A stretch of 64,000 nucleotides of DNA from an uncultured Candidatus Saccharibacteria bacterium (GTDB lineage Bacteria; Patescibacteriota; CPR2; UBA1875; CAIMLA01). Shown here in pieces: positions 19,801-27,851 of the stretch (its first letter is position 1; each line of letters opens with the position of its first letter). The notes under the pieces were generated by a model. The model did no database searches, was not told where the DNA came from, and saw only the letters and a list, made by a program, of their open reading frames with translations. The position numbers were made by a program, and so were the translations under genes. The stretch covers positions 18,654 to 82,653 of the forward strand of contig CAZCRI010000003.1 of the NCBI GenBank assembly GCA_964501135.1, in the 5' to 3' direction.

Positions 19801-20449
19801 TAGTATGTACGAACCCAAAGAACATGATCTCTTTGGCGATGGTCGTGCTCCTGATGTCTGGGTAGGTACGGCTGCAGAAATGATCGACCAGTTACAGGCT
19901 ATCGGTGCTGGCCTAGGTGGTGGCAGCAAATTCCTCGGCGTCGAGGACCACACAGATACTCCCGCTATCCTAGAAGCGCTCCTTGCAAAGCAGAAAACCG
20001 CATCTACAGAGAAGGCTCGTGAGACGATTGCGGATAAAATCGGGGTAGATACACTATCTAGCCTCAAGAAGGCCGTCAGCGTGCCCGAAAAACCCGTAGA
20101 AGCGGTCAAGGAACCTACTCCAGAGGCAGTAAAAGAAGAAACCAAAACCCCTGAGGTCGAGGTGGCTCCTGAAAAGCCAGCTGCACCCGAGAAAACTGAA
20201 ATAAAAGAAACAACAAAACCCAAAGAACCCGTAGCTGCCGAACCAGTAGGGAAGAGCCTCGAAGAGATCAAGGACGTCCTGCTCTCTGTCTCCCATCCTA
20301 AAGAGCACCCTATTTACCGTGAAAAGGTCGAGAAGCAGATCACCCCAGAGGACTTTCATAACCTTAAAACAATTGAGCCACACGAACGAATCAGGGTGGT
20401 GACCAAAGAACTGAAGCCAGGGGAGACAGTTCACCTAACAAAACCATAA
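16874..20449 (+). CDS. Membrane-anchored VirD4/TraD-like (type IV coupling protein family) P-loop ATPase with long K/E/P-rich C-terminal tail
   Basis: N-terminal TM helices; Walker A IIGKSGVGKSRMMAN and DPHGE (HerA/DUF87-like); FYLYVDEFQNFAT (TraG-D_C type Walker B); low-complexity KEKKEKEKKEKE and PEKP repeats. Confidence 0.65.
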   Translation: MLIQDISLAILGGMWSVVVWTWWIVVPILGYFTWKNYKKAEYVEAIETVVLSIKIPKNNEKGPIAAEMMLAALHGILHPKSQQKKGTSVQEHLSFEIVSTLNAIEFFVWVPTHLKDFVEGQVYAQYPTAEITTVSDYSLDIDIDDDKVDDAVVGTELVLTKDEIYPIKTFLNFDVDPLAGITGMLSKIEQKSEQVWIQILAKPVDDEWRDGSLGHIASKKGGAGSADTWVHKLIDILIMPLQVIPYMINAIISPMTPEQKKKQEEKEKKEKEKKEKEAPKLSHSEETELSAIEEKANKLGYKVIIRICYLAKSPEKAKERIQAVIGAFKQFNTTNLNGFQGSGLYTGQDFLDAYRARLFNNHGYTLNIEELASLYHLPHVSVETPNILWTSSKKGEPPSSLHIIDSEDTVDKELTPMGTTTFRNGQRTFGITRDDRRRHMYIIGKSGVGKSRMMANLAINDIINGEGVAVVDPHGELIELIMKYIPKERIDDVIYLNPADKDFPIGFNPLESPEGMREETAKGFISVLKRMFGYSWGPRLEYVLNHTVLALSEVEGSTMLGIVRLLTDKGYRKRIVEQVTDPVVQMFWLKEFSTYNDKMATETVAPILNKVGQFTASAIIRNIVGQPKSSIDFSEIMNTGKILLVDLSTGKIGEVNSELLGSLIITKLQLAAMQRAYIPEEERKDFYLYVDEFQNFATDSFATILSEARKYRLSLCVANQYIAQMEETVRDAVFGNVGTLVSFRVGATDASYLEKEFEPVFTQNDLINLDNRHMYLNMLINGVTSIPFSAMSLNTPEMKEDCSAIVKAVSREKYGKKRELVEDEVKHWYNVDSVVAGINANEKDDPIVTKPKPTIVREKSEQGSTPSQPLREKKETNINPPASKTTESPKKSDLQLAIIANTKKSGKAADKPMTEKQKVIAELEKSADYIVRHKDKDDKYVFLPNHKPEGVIPDKRGRQKGNNYKKNGQKIYEVKISMYEPKEHDLFGDGRAPDVWVGTAAEMIDQLQAIGAGLGGGSKFLGVEDHTDTPAILEALLAKQKTASTEKARETIADKIGVDTLSSLKKAVSVPEKPVEAVKEPTPEAVKEETKTPEVEVAPEKPAAPEKTEIKETTKPKEPVAAEPVGKSLEEIKDVLLSVSHPKEHPIYREKVEKQITPEDFHNLKTIEPHERIRVVTKELKPGETVHLTKP

Positions 20450-20470
20450 TTTGCAACTGATGCAATCTTT

Positions 20471-20499
20471 ACAGCCCATACCAAATGGGCTGTAATTTT
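20471..20499 (+). terminator. Rho-independent terminator after 1191-aa gene
   Basis: acagcccat-accaa-atgggctgt then aattttg. Confidence 0.6.
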
Positions 20500-21072
20500 G
20501 GCTAAAACAGGCCCGAGCCGGGAGGCCTAATATTTAGGAATATTTAGATATATATCAAAACAAGGGGGTCTACGCTGAGGGAGCGGAAGGTCCCGGAGAA
20601 AAGATATATTATGAGTATTTACTTAGTTTCTTTGCTGCTTACTGGCCTGTCATCTCGGCGATTGATATTGTGTCGCACAATATATCTTGGACGACATTGC
20701 GCATTCTGAGATTCCCGGGTGTAGTTGGTCATCCAAAAGGAGTTTTAAACGTACATTTTCCCTATATATAGGCACAAACCGCGGGTCTAGCTTCCCAAAT
20801 TTGGGCCGCTTGGTCTGGTCAATATGATTTGTAGAACCTGTAAAAGACAGCCAAATAATCTGGCTGGAATCTGACGATCATTTGCAATTAATACTTAGTT
20901 TCCGCTCGCCTACCAAGAGTTTGAAACGAGACTGAATAAGATAATAATTAATTAACATTTAATATAATATTAGTTAATTCTTTTGCTCACTTGCCCACTC
21001 CCCCAGGTCTCCCCCAATAATCGGAAAATAGATTGCCGCGTCACTACGCTCCTCGCAATGACGTAGGGGTGT

Positions 21073-21254
21073 TTCTTTCCGCGACCTGCAAAATACAGCG
21101 AGCGACGACCCGAGTGACTATCATAAAAAATAATGTTTGACCCCGACGCTACCGTCGGGAGAGTTTTGCTTTTTATGAAGGAACGAAGTAGGAGTGACAC
21201 TAGCGATTTTGCAAGGAGTCGGCAGTTTTGCACCACTTTTGCTGTCAAAAGTGG
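21073..21254 (-). repeat. Repeat R2, inverted copy of R1
   Basis: Ends near-identical to R1 in reverse complement; middle ~80 bp diverged. Confidence 0.8.
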
Positions 21255-21259
21255 TAAGG

Positions 21260-21366
21260 ATTTGTGACTACGGACAAAATTACTAACGTGTTGAGAAAGA
21301 GATCCTGAAACAAGTTCAGGATGGCGTGTAGGTGAGATTGCCGCGCTTCGCTCGCAATGACGAGGG
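21260..21366 (+). promoter_or_regulatory. H1-H2-M composite element copy C (H1 21260-21280, H2 21302-21322, M 21343-21366)
   Basis: atttgt-gactacgg-acaaaat; atcctgaa-acaag-ttcaggat; gcgcttcgctcgcaatgacgaggg. Confidence 0.4.
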
Positions 21367-21453
21367 CTATGGACGAGATTCCTCCACTACCTACTCGTGC
21401 CGAGGCTAGTTCGGGCTGGCTGGCTTGCGACCAGGAATGACAGAAGAATAGGA

Positions 21454-22296
21454 TTACTTATAAAAGATGCGATTAGCAATCCGGAGATCGATATACTCCA
21501 GCTTACTCCCACTACTCTTGGCATCAGCCAACACTCGCTTAAGACTGACCACCTCACCCTTGGCGCTACGGCTTGTATCAAAGTATACATACCAGCCCTG
21601 GTCGGTCGTAACCTTAAGGTCGCTAATGATATCCATAATCTCGTAGCGGACTTGCTTGGCACCAGTCTCTGGAAAGAGGCTCTGCAGGTCCTTGTAGAAG
21701 ACCACCGAAGCTTGTGGCAAGACTTTATCGCCCACTCGGACAGGAAGGTTCTTGGTATCAACAAAGACCGGCAGCGCGGCGTATTTATCCTGATAATTGG
21801 CCCAGATGTAGCCAAGATCATCTACAAGATACTTGTGGTCTAGCGTTTGCCAGACAAGCAGGGGACTCTTCTCTACTATCTCCACTCGGACAGCATGCTG
21901 CCCCAGCCTAGTTACGGAGATATTATCTACCCCGGTCACCTTCTTTAGCCGGCCCGAAAGGCCAAAGATTCCATAAGTAATAATATTATTATCCAGAAAT
22001 GTCTTGCCGTTCTCCGCGGCCCTCGTGAGCTCTCCCCTATTTACGAATTTCGTGGCCGAGAACTCGACCTTGGTAACGCCAAAAATCCCTGAGATGAATA
22101 CTAGGTAGATCAGCGCACCGAGGAGCAAAACAAAAAGAAGCGGGTACCAAATACCCTTACTGCTTCGCCTCTCCTTTACTTCTTCGGTCCGGGAATAGAT
22201 CGAAGGCTGCCTGAGCCTTCGGGCGCTTGCTGGCCTATTCAGTTTCCTTAATCTTTTCCTCAGGGGTTTCCTCCTCCACCTTTGTCTCTTGAGCAA
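21454..22296 (-). CDS. ftsQ: Cell division protein FtsQ/DivIB-like (POTRA)
   Basis: Basic N-terminus, single TM, periplasmic domain; position immediately downstream of murG in the dcw cluster. Confidence 0.65.
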   Translation of the reverse strand: MLKRQRWRRKPLRKRLRKLNRPASARRLRQPSIYSRTEEVKERRSSKGIWYPLLFVLLLGALIYLVFISGIFGVTKVEFSATKFVNRGELTRAAENGKTFLDNNIITYGIFGLSGRLKKVTGVDNISVTRLGQHAVRVEIVEKSPLLVWQTLDHKYLVDDLGYIWANYQDKYAALPVFVDTKNLPVRVGDKVLPQASVVFYKDLQSLFPETGAKQVRYEIMDIISDLKVTTDQGWYVYFDTSRSAKGEVVSLKRVLADAKSSGSKLEYIDLRIANRIFYK

Positions 22297-23434
22297 AACT
22301 GGTACCTAAGTCATAAACAATGTCGGCCACAGCACCGGCAGCCTCTGGTGAAGCTAGCTTGGATAGTTTGGCGGCAAGACCAGCACGTTCCTCGGGGTTT
22401 TCAAAAAGATAGTCTATCTTTCGTTCTAGAATGCGTGGCGTCAGACTTTCCTGAAGGACAAGCATTGCAGCGCCCATACGCGAGAGGATTTTGGCGTTGG
22501 AAACCTGATGGCCATTTGCCGATGAAGCCAGTGGAATCAGAATCGCTGCCTTCTCGAGAGCGGCAATCTCGGCAATAACATTGTTCCCCGCCCTAGAAAT
22601 CACCAGATCAGAAACTGCAAGAGCATCCTTGAGATTCCCAGAAAGGAAGTTGTAAAGATGATAATTTGCAGCCAGTTCTGGTGCAAGCTTGCTGGCCTGG
22701 AAACCGAGCCAATCATAATCACGCTCGCCGGAAACATGAATAATCTGATACTTGGCAAGCAGCTTGGCAAGCGATTCGGAAACTACCTGATTGATCACGA
22801 GGGAGCCCTGACTACCGCCAATAACAAAAAGAATTGGAAGTTTGTCGTGCAGGCGAAATTCGGTCATCGCGCGCTCTTTGCTACCATCGTAAATATCGTT
22901 ACGGACAGGATTGCCAGTATATACAAGTTTTTCCTTCTCTACCTCAGTATATGACTTTAGCGGATATGAAACACAGACCTTGTCGGCCCTCTTGGCCAAA
23001 ATCTTGTTGGAAAGCCCCATGACGCTATCTGATTCGTGGACCACAACCGGATAACCTAGAGAGTGCGCCGCTAAACCTACAGGCAAACTAACATAGCCGC
23101 CCTTGGTAAAGACAACATCAGGGTCGAACTCGGCAACGATTTCCTTTGCCTCAAAGTATCCACGAACAAAACGAAAAAAGTCGACAATGTTTTTGTACAA
23201 AGTAGTTGGGTCGATAATGTTGAGCCAAGTAGCCGCATGATAACGCCGAAATTTGCCCGCACTAATGCCGACGTACTTAAGCCCTGTCTGAGGGATAATC
23301 TTACTCTCCAAGCCTTCCTTGGATCCTATATATAAAAGCTCTACTGTACTATCTAGCTTTTGCAGTTCTACGACGACCGCGAGAACCGGCGAAATATGAC
23401 CACCAGTTCCACCGCCCGAGACGACTATTCGCAT
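22235..23434 (-). CDS. murG: MurG, UDP-GlcNAc:lipid I N-acetylglucosaminyltransferase
   Basis: MRIVVSGGGTGGHISP N-terminal glycine loop; GT28 architecture; start probably at MRIVV rather than ORF-track Met at 23455. Confidence 0.9.
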   Translation of the reverse strand: MRIVVSGGGTGGHISPVLAVVVELQKLDSTVELLYIGSKEGLESKIIPQTGLKYVGISAGKFRRYHAATWLNIIDPTTLYKNIVDFFRFVRGYFEAKEIVAEFDPDVVFTKGGYVSLPVGLAAHSLGYPVVVHESDSVMGLSNKILAKRADKVCVSYPLKSYTEVEKEKLVYTGNPVRNDIYDGSKERAMTEFRLHDKLPILFVIGGSQGSLVINQVVSESLAKLLAKYQIIHVSGERDYDWLGFQASKLAPELAANYHLYNFLSGNLKDALAVSDLVISRAGNNVIAEIAALEKAAILIPLASSANGHQVSNAKILSRMGAAMLVLQESLTPRILERKIDYLFENPEERAGLAAKLSKLASPEAAGAVADIVYDLGTSFAQETKVEEETPEEKIKETE

Positions 23435-24578
23435 CCATTCCTCCTTGTTCAACATGTCTTGAAATACTCAGTAGTATACCGCAAGCAAATAAAATCATTA
23501 CCAGCGATGTCCCACCATAGCTGATAAATGGTAATGGAACCCCTGTGAGTGGCATCAGGCTCAGGATTGCGAGGATATTGATAAAGGCCTGAGCAATAAT
23601 CCAGGTAGTGATTCCAGTTGCCATCAGGCGCGAGAAAGTATCTGGTGCGCCCTTTGCTATTTTATATCCCCTGACCCCAAAAAGCAAAAAGACTACCACG
23701 ACGAGTCCGGCCCGGATAAGACCGAGCTCTTCGGAAATTACGGCAAAGATAGAGTCTGTGGCGGCCTCGGGGAGATAGTTAAACTTCTGGCGACTACGAC
23801 CAAAACCCAGGCCAGTAAGGCCCCCGGTTCCAATTGCCAGTAAGGCCTGGGAGATTTGATAACCGGCGCCGCTCTTGTCGAGATCCGGATGAAGAAAGGT
23901 TGTAAGCCTAGCTAAACGATATGGGGCTAATGCAATGAGACCAGCCACCACCGCAAACCCTGCTCCAATACCTGCAAAAATGTGCCGCATACGCGCTCCC
24001 GCAACAAAGAACATTACAGCGGCGCTAATTACAATAACCGAGGTTGTTCCCATATCGGGCTGTAGCAATACAAGGAACGCCACTGACCCCACTATTGCTG
24101 CAAAGGGTAAAACCCCTTTGTATAAATCCTTGATATCCTCACCTTTCCTCTCTAACCAGTAGGCCAGAAAAATGATCAAAGACAGCTTCATGGACTCCGA
24201 CGGCTGGAAGGTCGTAAACCCTAGGTTGATCCAACGCGAAGCTCCGTTGTGAGCAAAACCAATTCCGGGCAACATTACTGCCACTAGTAATATTAGATTC
24301 GCTATGAAGAATATTGGCGCAATTCGTTTCCAAAAGCTGTAGTGGATTCTAGATATGATATATAAGGCGATGAGGCCAACTGCTGCCCAAGAAAGCTGTG
24401 AAAAAAAGTAGTAGTTCTCCCTGCCAAGGCCAGTTTTGCTCATTACAACCGAGGCCGAAGAAATCATGATTAGTCCAAAAACGAGGAGGGCGGAAATCAG
24501 TAAAATCAATAAATAATCAGGGCGACCAGTCCCTCCACTCTCACGTCCTTCTTTGATTTTACTTCTTGTCAGTGCCAT
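23349..24578 (-). CDS. ftsW: SEDS-family peptidoglycan glycosyltransferase FtsW
   Basis: 10-TM SEDS pattern; dcw-cluster position between mraY and murG. Confidence 0.85.
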   Translation of the reverse strand: MALTRSKIKEGRESGGTGRPDYLLILLISALLVFGLIMISSASVVMSKTGLGRENYYFFSQLSWAAVGLIALYIISRIHYSFWKRIAPIFFIANLILLVAVMLPGIGFAHNGASRWINLGFTTFQPSESMKLSLIIFLAYWLERKGEDIKDLYKGVLPFAAIVGSVAFLVLLQPDMGTTSVIVISAAVMFFVAGARMRHIFAGIGAGFAVVAGLIALAPYRLARLTTFLHPDLDKSGAGYQISQALLAIGTGGLTGLGFGRSRQKFNYLPEAATDSIFAVISEELGLIRAGLVVVVFLLFGVRGYKIAKGAPDTFSRLMATGITTWIIAQAFINILAILSLMPLTGVPLPFISYGGTSLVMILFACGILLSISRHVEQGGMDANSRLGRWNWWSYFAGSRGRRRTAKAR

Positions 24579-25637
24579 TTATCTTGGGCCGCTCCCCATG
24601 AGAGCTACGACGACGCCCATAAAGGCCGAGATAGCACCGATTATCCAGAAACGCATAGTTACCTTGGTCTCGGGCCAGCCCATAGCCTCAAAGTGATGAT
24701 GAATTGGTGCTGAATGAAAAACTTTTTTGCCATGACGCAATTTCTTGGAGGCAATCTGAATGATATCCGAGAGCGTCTCGACGACAAAGACAGAACCAAT
24801 AATCGGGAGCACAAGAGCGGTATTGGTCAGCATAGCGACCACGCCAAGGGTAGCGCCCAGGGCGACCGCACCGGTATCTCCCATAAAGAAACGGGCCGGA
24901 TAAACGTTGAACCAGGTATAAGCAAGTACCGCACCCATGACGGTGCCACAAAAGGCGGCGATACCGAAGTTGCCCTGGAAGAAAGCAATAATCGCATAAG
25001 CACCAAAGGCAGCAGAGAGTAATCCACCAGAAAGACCGTCCAATCCGTCGGTGATGTTGACCGCACTAGCAGTGGAAACCACAACCAAGATAAAGAGCGG
25101 GATGTAGAGCCAGCCGATGCTGAGATCCCCCACCATCGGAATATGCACCACGTTCCAACCAAGTTTCACATAAAACCACCAAGAACCTAGAGCAGCAAAG
25201 GCGGTAAGCCAGGAGAATTTTACCTTTGCCCGAAGGCCAGCGATACCGCCAACGGAATTGATATTGATATAGTCATCGATAAGCCCGAGTAAGCCGACCG
25301 AAATGAGAGTAAAAAGCGGTAGCCAAGTCTGGGCTTTATCAAAATTGAAGAAAAGCGTAATGATACCGACTACGCCCCAGATAATCATTCCGGCCATTGT
25401 CGGGATGTTGCGCTTGTGCTTCTCTGCATGGAGACTGCTATAAACCGTGGCCGCTTCGTTGTTCTTGCCCATCGATGTTTCGCGAGGCTGTTTCCACCAC
25501 TTAAATTTGTAGGCAAAATAGGTAAATATCGGGGTTACGAGAAGCGCAAAGATAAAGCTCACCGAGGTAAAACTAAGGATTCGGACTAGCTGGGGAATAA
25601 TCGCCTGCTCGTTGAAAGAAATTGCGGAATTAATCAT
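24579..25637 (-). CDS. mraY: Phospho-N-acetylmuramoyl-pentapeptide transferase MraY
   Basis: Polytopic membrane protein with the usual MraY conserved blocks (DDYIN..., HHHFE). Confidence 0.9.
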   Translation of the reverse strand: MINSAISFNEQAIIPQLVRILSFTSVSFIFALLVTPIFTYFAYKFKWWKQPRETSMGKNNEAATVYSSLHAEKHKRNIPTMAGMIIWGVVGIITLFFNFDKAQTWLPLFTLISVGLLGLIDDYININSVGGIAGLRAKVKFSWLTAFAALGSWWFYVKLGWNVVHIPMVGDLSIGWLYIPLFILVVVSTASAVNITDGLDGLSGGLLSAAFGAYAIIAFFQGNFGIAAFCGTVMGAVLAYTWFNVYPARFFMGDTGAVALGATLGVVAMLTNTALVLPIIGSVFVVETLSDIIQIASKKLRHGKKVFHSAPIHHHFEAMGWPETKVTMRFWIIGAISAFMGVVVALMGSGPR

Positions 25638-25690
25638 CTAGTTTTCTCCATTTTCATAAATATTCTCGCACAAATAAGCACAATTTACTA

Positions 25691-27424
25691 TTAGTTTACC
25701 GGCTCGGTCGGCGGGATTTGATAATACTTGAGAAGGAAGTCAAGCATCTGCCCCACGACTGGCGCCGCGGTACTCTCTGCCCAATCAACCCCCTTGGGGT
25801 TGTCGATTTTAGCCAGGACAACAAAGTTTGCGTCTGGGGCTACTGGGAAGCCAATAAAGGTACCGATGTTCTTACCGTCCTCGTAGCCAGTACCGTCGGC
25901 CTTAATCACCTGTGCCGTCCCAGTTTTGCCTGCAATCTTATATCCCTTTACTGCCGCTTGTTTCCCGTGACCTTTGATCACAACATTGCGGAGCATTTCT
26001 TTCATATCGGCCGAGGCGGACTTGGAAATTACCTGGCGAACTTCCTTGGGGGCAGTCTTGGTTTCCTTGCCGGTAGGGCTCACTGTCTTATCGACGATAT
26101 ATGGCTTCATCATTTTGCCGTCGTTTGCAATTACAGCATAGCTGACCAACATTTGTAGTGGCGTCATGGAGATACTTTGCCCGAAACTCATGGTGGCATA
26201 GCCGTGTTCGTTGAGCTCATCTGGCTCGTAGACACGTCCCTTGGCCTCGCCATCAAACTCTATCCCGGTCTTCTCACCAAAGCCAAATTTCTTGATGTAT
26301 TCGTAAAATAAGTTCTTCCCCAGCTTCTGTTCCACATATGTCGTGCCGGTATTAAGCGACTGCTCGAGAACATAGCTCATGGTCTGGAGTCCGTGAGCCT
26401 TGAGGTCGGAATTCTTGATGGAATTACCGTTTAAGACCACGGAACCGGTATCGGTATAGGTGTCGGTTGGCTTTATCTTGCCTGCATCTTCGCCCGCTGC
26501 CAGCGTCACTGCCTTGAACACCGATCCCGACTCGTAAACATCGGTAACCGCACGGTTTTTGAAGGCGGTGTAGTCCTTGACTTCTGTATATTTGTTGGGG
26601 TCAAAGGTTGGCGCGTTCGCCATCGCCAAAATCTTACCATTAGTCTTGTCCATGACAATCACCGAACCGCCATCGGCAGAGAATTTCTTTACCGTTTCGG
26701 CCAGGTACTTCTCGGCGGTTCCCTGAATATACCGGTCAATCGTAAGGTAGATACTACTGCCATCTACCGCCGGCTTGGAACCTTTATCAGCAAAGGCGAT
26801 TTTGATTCCGTTAGAGTCAGTCTCTTCGTTCAGATAACCGTTTTGGCCCTTCAGAATGTCGTTGTAGCGACCTTCGATGCCATAATTGCCATCGCCTTCA
26901 TTGTTTACAAAGCCCAAAACCGAGGCCGCAAGGGTATTTTCGGGGAAGATCTGCCAATTCTCGGCCTGAAAACCGACTCCTTTGAGCTTTAGCGCCTTTA
27001 GGGCGTCACCTTCGGCTTTCGTAAGTTTGTGTTTTACCACCAAATACATCGATTTGGGATCCCACTTTGCCTCTATCTCCTCTCGCTTGACGCCAAGAAC
27101 CGAAACTAGTGAGGTCAGGACCTTTTCTTTATCTTCTACTTCCTTGGGGCTAATATAAACCAAATCTAGGGTTTGGCTGCTGGCAAGCAAAAACGGCGAC
27201 CCCGAGAGCGTATCGGTAGCATAGACACTCCCCCTTTTGGCAAAGATAGTATCTTTCATCGAGTGCTGTGAGGTGGCCAAGGCCACGTACTGGTCTCGGT
27301 CTACAACCTGAACATAGAAAAGTCGGACCAAAATTACTGACGTTAGGATAACAAAAATAGAAACCACGAGTGGTATTCTATCGATATTGGTTGTTTGGCG
27401 ACTCTTGTATCTTTTCATTTTCAC
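25691..27424 (-). CDS. ftsI: Penicillin-binding protein (class B transpeptidase, FtsI/PBP2 type)
   Basis: N-terminal TM, SxxK (SVFK), KTGT (AGKTGTAQV) motifs. Confidence 0.85.
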   Translation of the reverse strand: MKMKRYKSRQTTNIDRIPLVVSIFVILTSVILVRLFYVQVVDRDQYVALATSQHSMKDTIFAKRGSVYATDTLSGSPFLLASSQTLDLVYISPKEVEDKEKVLTSLVSVLGVKREEIEAKWDPKSMYLVVKHKLTKAEGDALKALKLKGVGFQAENWQIFPENTLAASVLGFVNNEGDGNYGIEGRYNDILKGQNGYLNEETDSNGIKIAFADKGSKPAVDGSSIYLTIDRYIQGTAEKYLAETVKKFSADGGSVIVMDKTNGKILAMANAPTFDPNKYTEVKDYTAFKNRAVTDVYESGSVFKAVTLAAGEDAGKIKPTDTYTDTGSVVLNGNSIKNSDLKAHGLQTMSYVLEQSLNTGTTYVEQKLGKNLFYEYIKKFGFGEKTGIEFDGEAKGRVYEPDELNEHGYATMSFGQSISMTPLQMLVSYAVIANDGKMMKPYIVDKTVSPTGKETKTAPKEVRQVISKSASADMKEMLRNVVIKGHGKQAAVKGYKIAGKTGTAQVIKADGTGYEDGKNIGTFIGFPVAPDANFVVLAKIDNPKGVDWAESTAAPVVGQMLDFLLKYYQIPPTEPVN

Positions 27425-27469
27425 TTACCGTAACTCGTATTATACAGGAGCGGCTGCTTGTAAGTCGAT

Positions 27470-27811
27470 TTATTTGATATTTACCGCCACGTTTGTATTT
27501 GCTGGGACATAATTGATTTTTGAAACTGGAACCATCCCAGATTTGGCAATCCCGGCATCAAGATTCTGGATTGACTGAAGCCTGGAAGCCTCGATCTGGA
27601 GTCTCTCGTTGTCTAGCCTAAGCTCTTGCTGCACACGTTCTAGTTTGGCAATATCATAGCCACTGGTGGCCATCTTGTTTGACTGCGACAGATATAAAAG
27701 TCCCAACACAAAGGTTAGGGCAACCACAGAGATCACAACGCCCATACGTGATAGTTTGAAGGTCGGTTTGAATTCCTTCCTAAACTTACGTCTTTTTGCG
27801 CGATCTCTCAT
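27470..27811 (-). CDS. ftsL: FtsL-like small bitopic division protein (coiled coil)
   Basis: Basic N-terminus, single TM, heptad-rich C-terminus; sits between rsmH and ftsI. Confidence 0.5.
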   Translation of the reverse strand: MRDRAKRRKFRKEFKPTFKLSRMGVVISVVALTFVLGLLYLSQSNKMATSGYDIAKLERVQQELRLDNERLQIEASRLQSIQNLDAGIAKSGMVPVSKINYVPANTNVAVNIK

Positions 27812-27851
27812 TTGTGTTCCCCTCCCCTATTTGTTTGTTTTTGCTATTTTA

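Noticed and set aside
20560-20600. Possible tmRNA or RNase P RNA start (caagggggtctacgctgagggagcggaaggtcccggag)
   Set aside because: It superficially resembles GGGG... tmRNA 5' ends and the GGAAAGUCCGG P4 box, but neither the tRNA-like 3' end (GGTTCGAnTCC...CCA) nor the second P4 strand could be found nearby.
22235-24578. Large overlaps between ftsQ/murG (62 nt) and murG/ftsW (~86 nt) suggesting frameshifts or pseudogenes
   Set aside because: Both proteins are full length with intact motifs. The overlaps more likely reflect mis-chosen upstream starts (murG probably starts at MRIVV; ftsQ may use a later non-ATG start) than gene decay.
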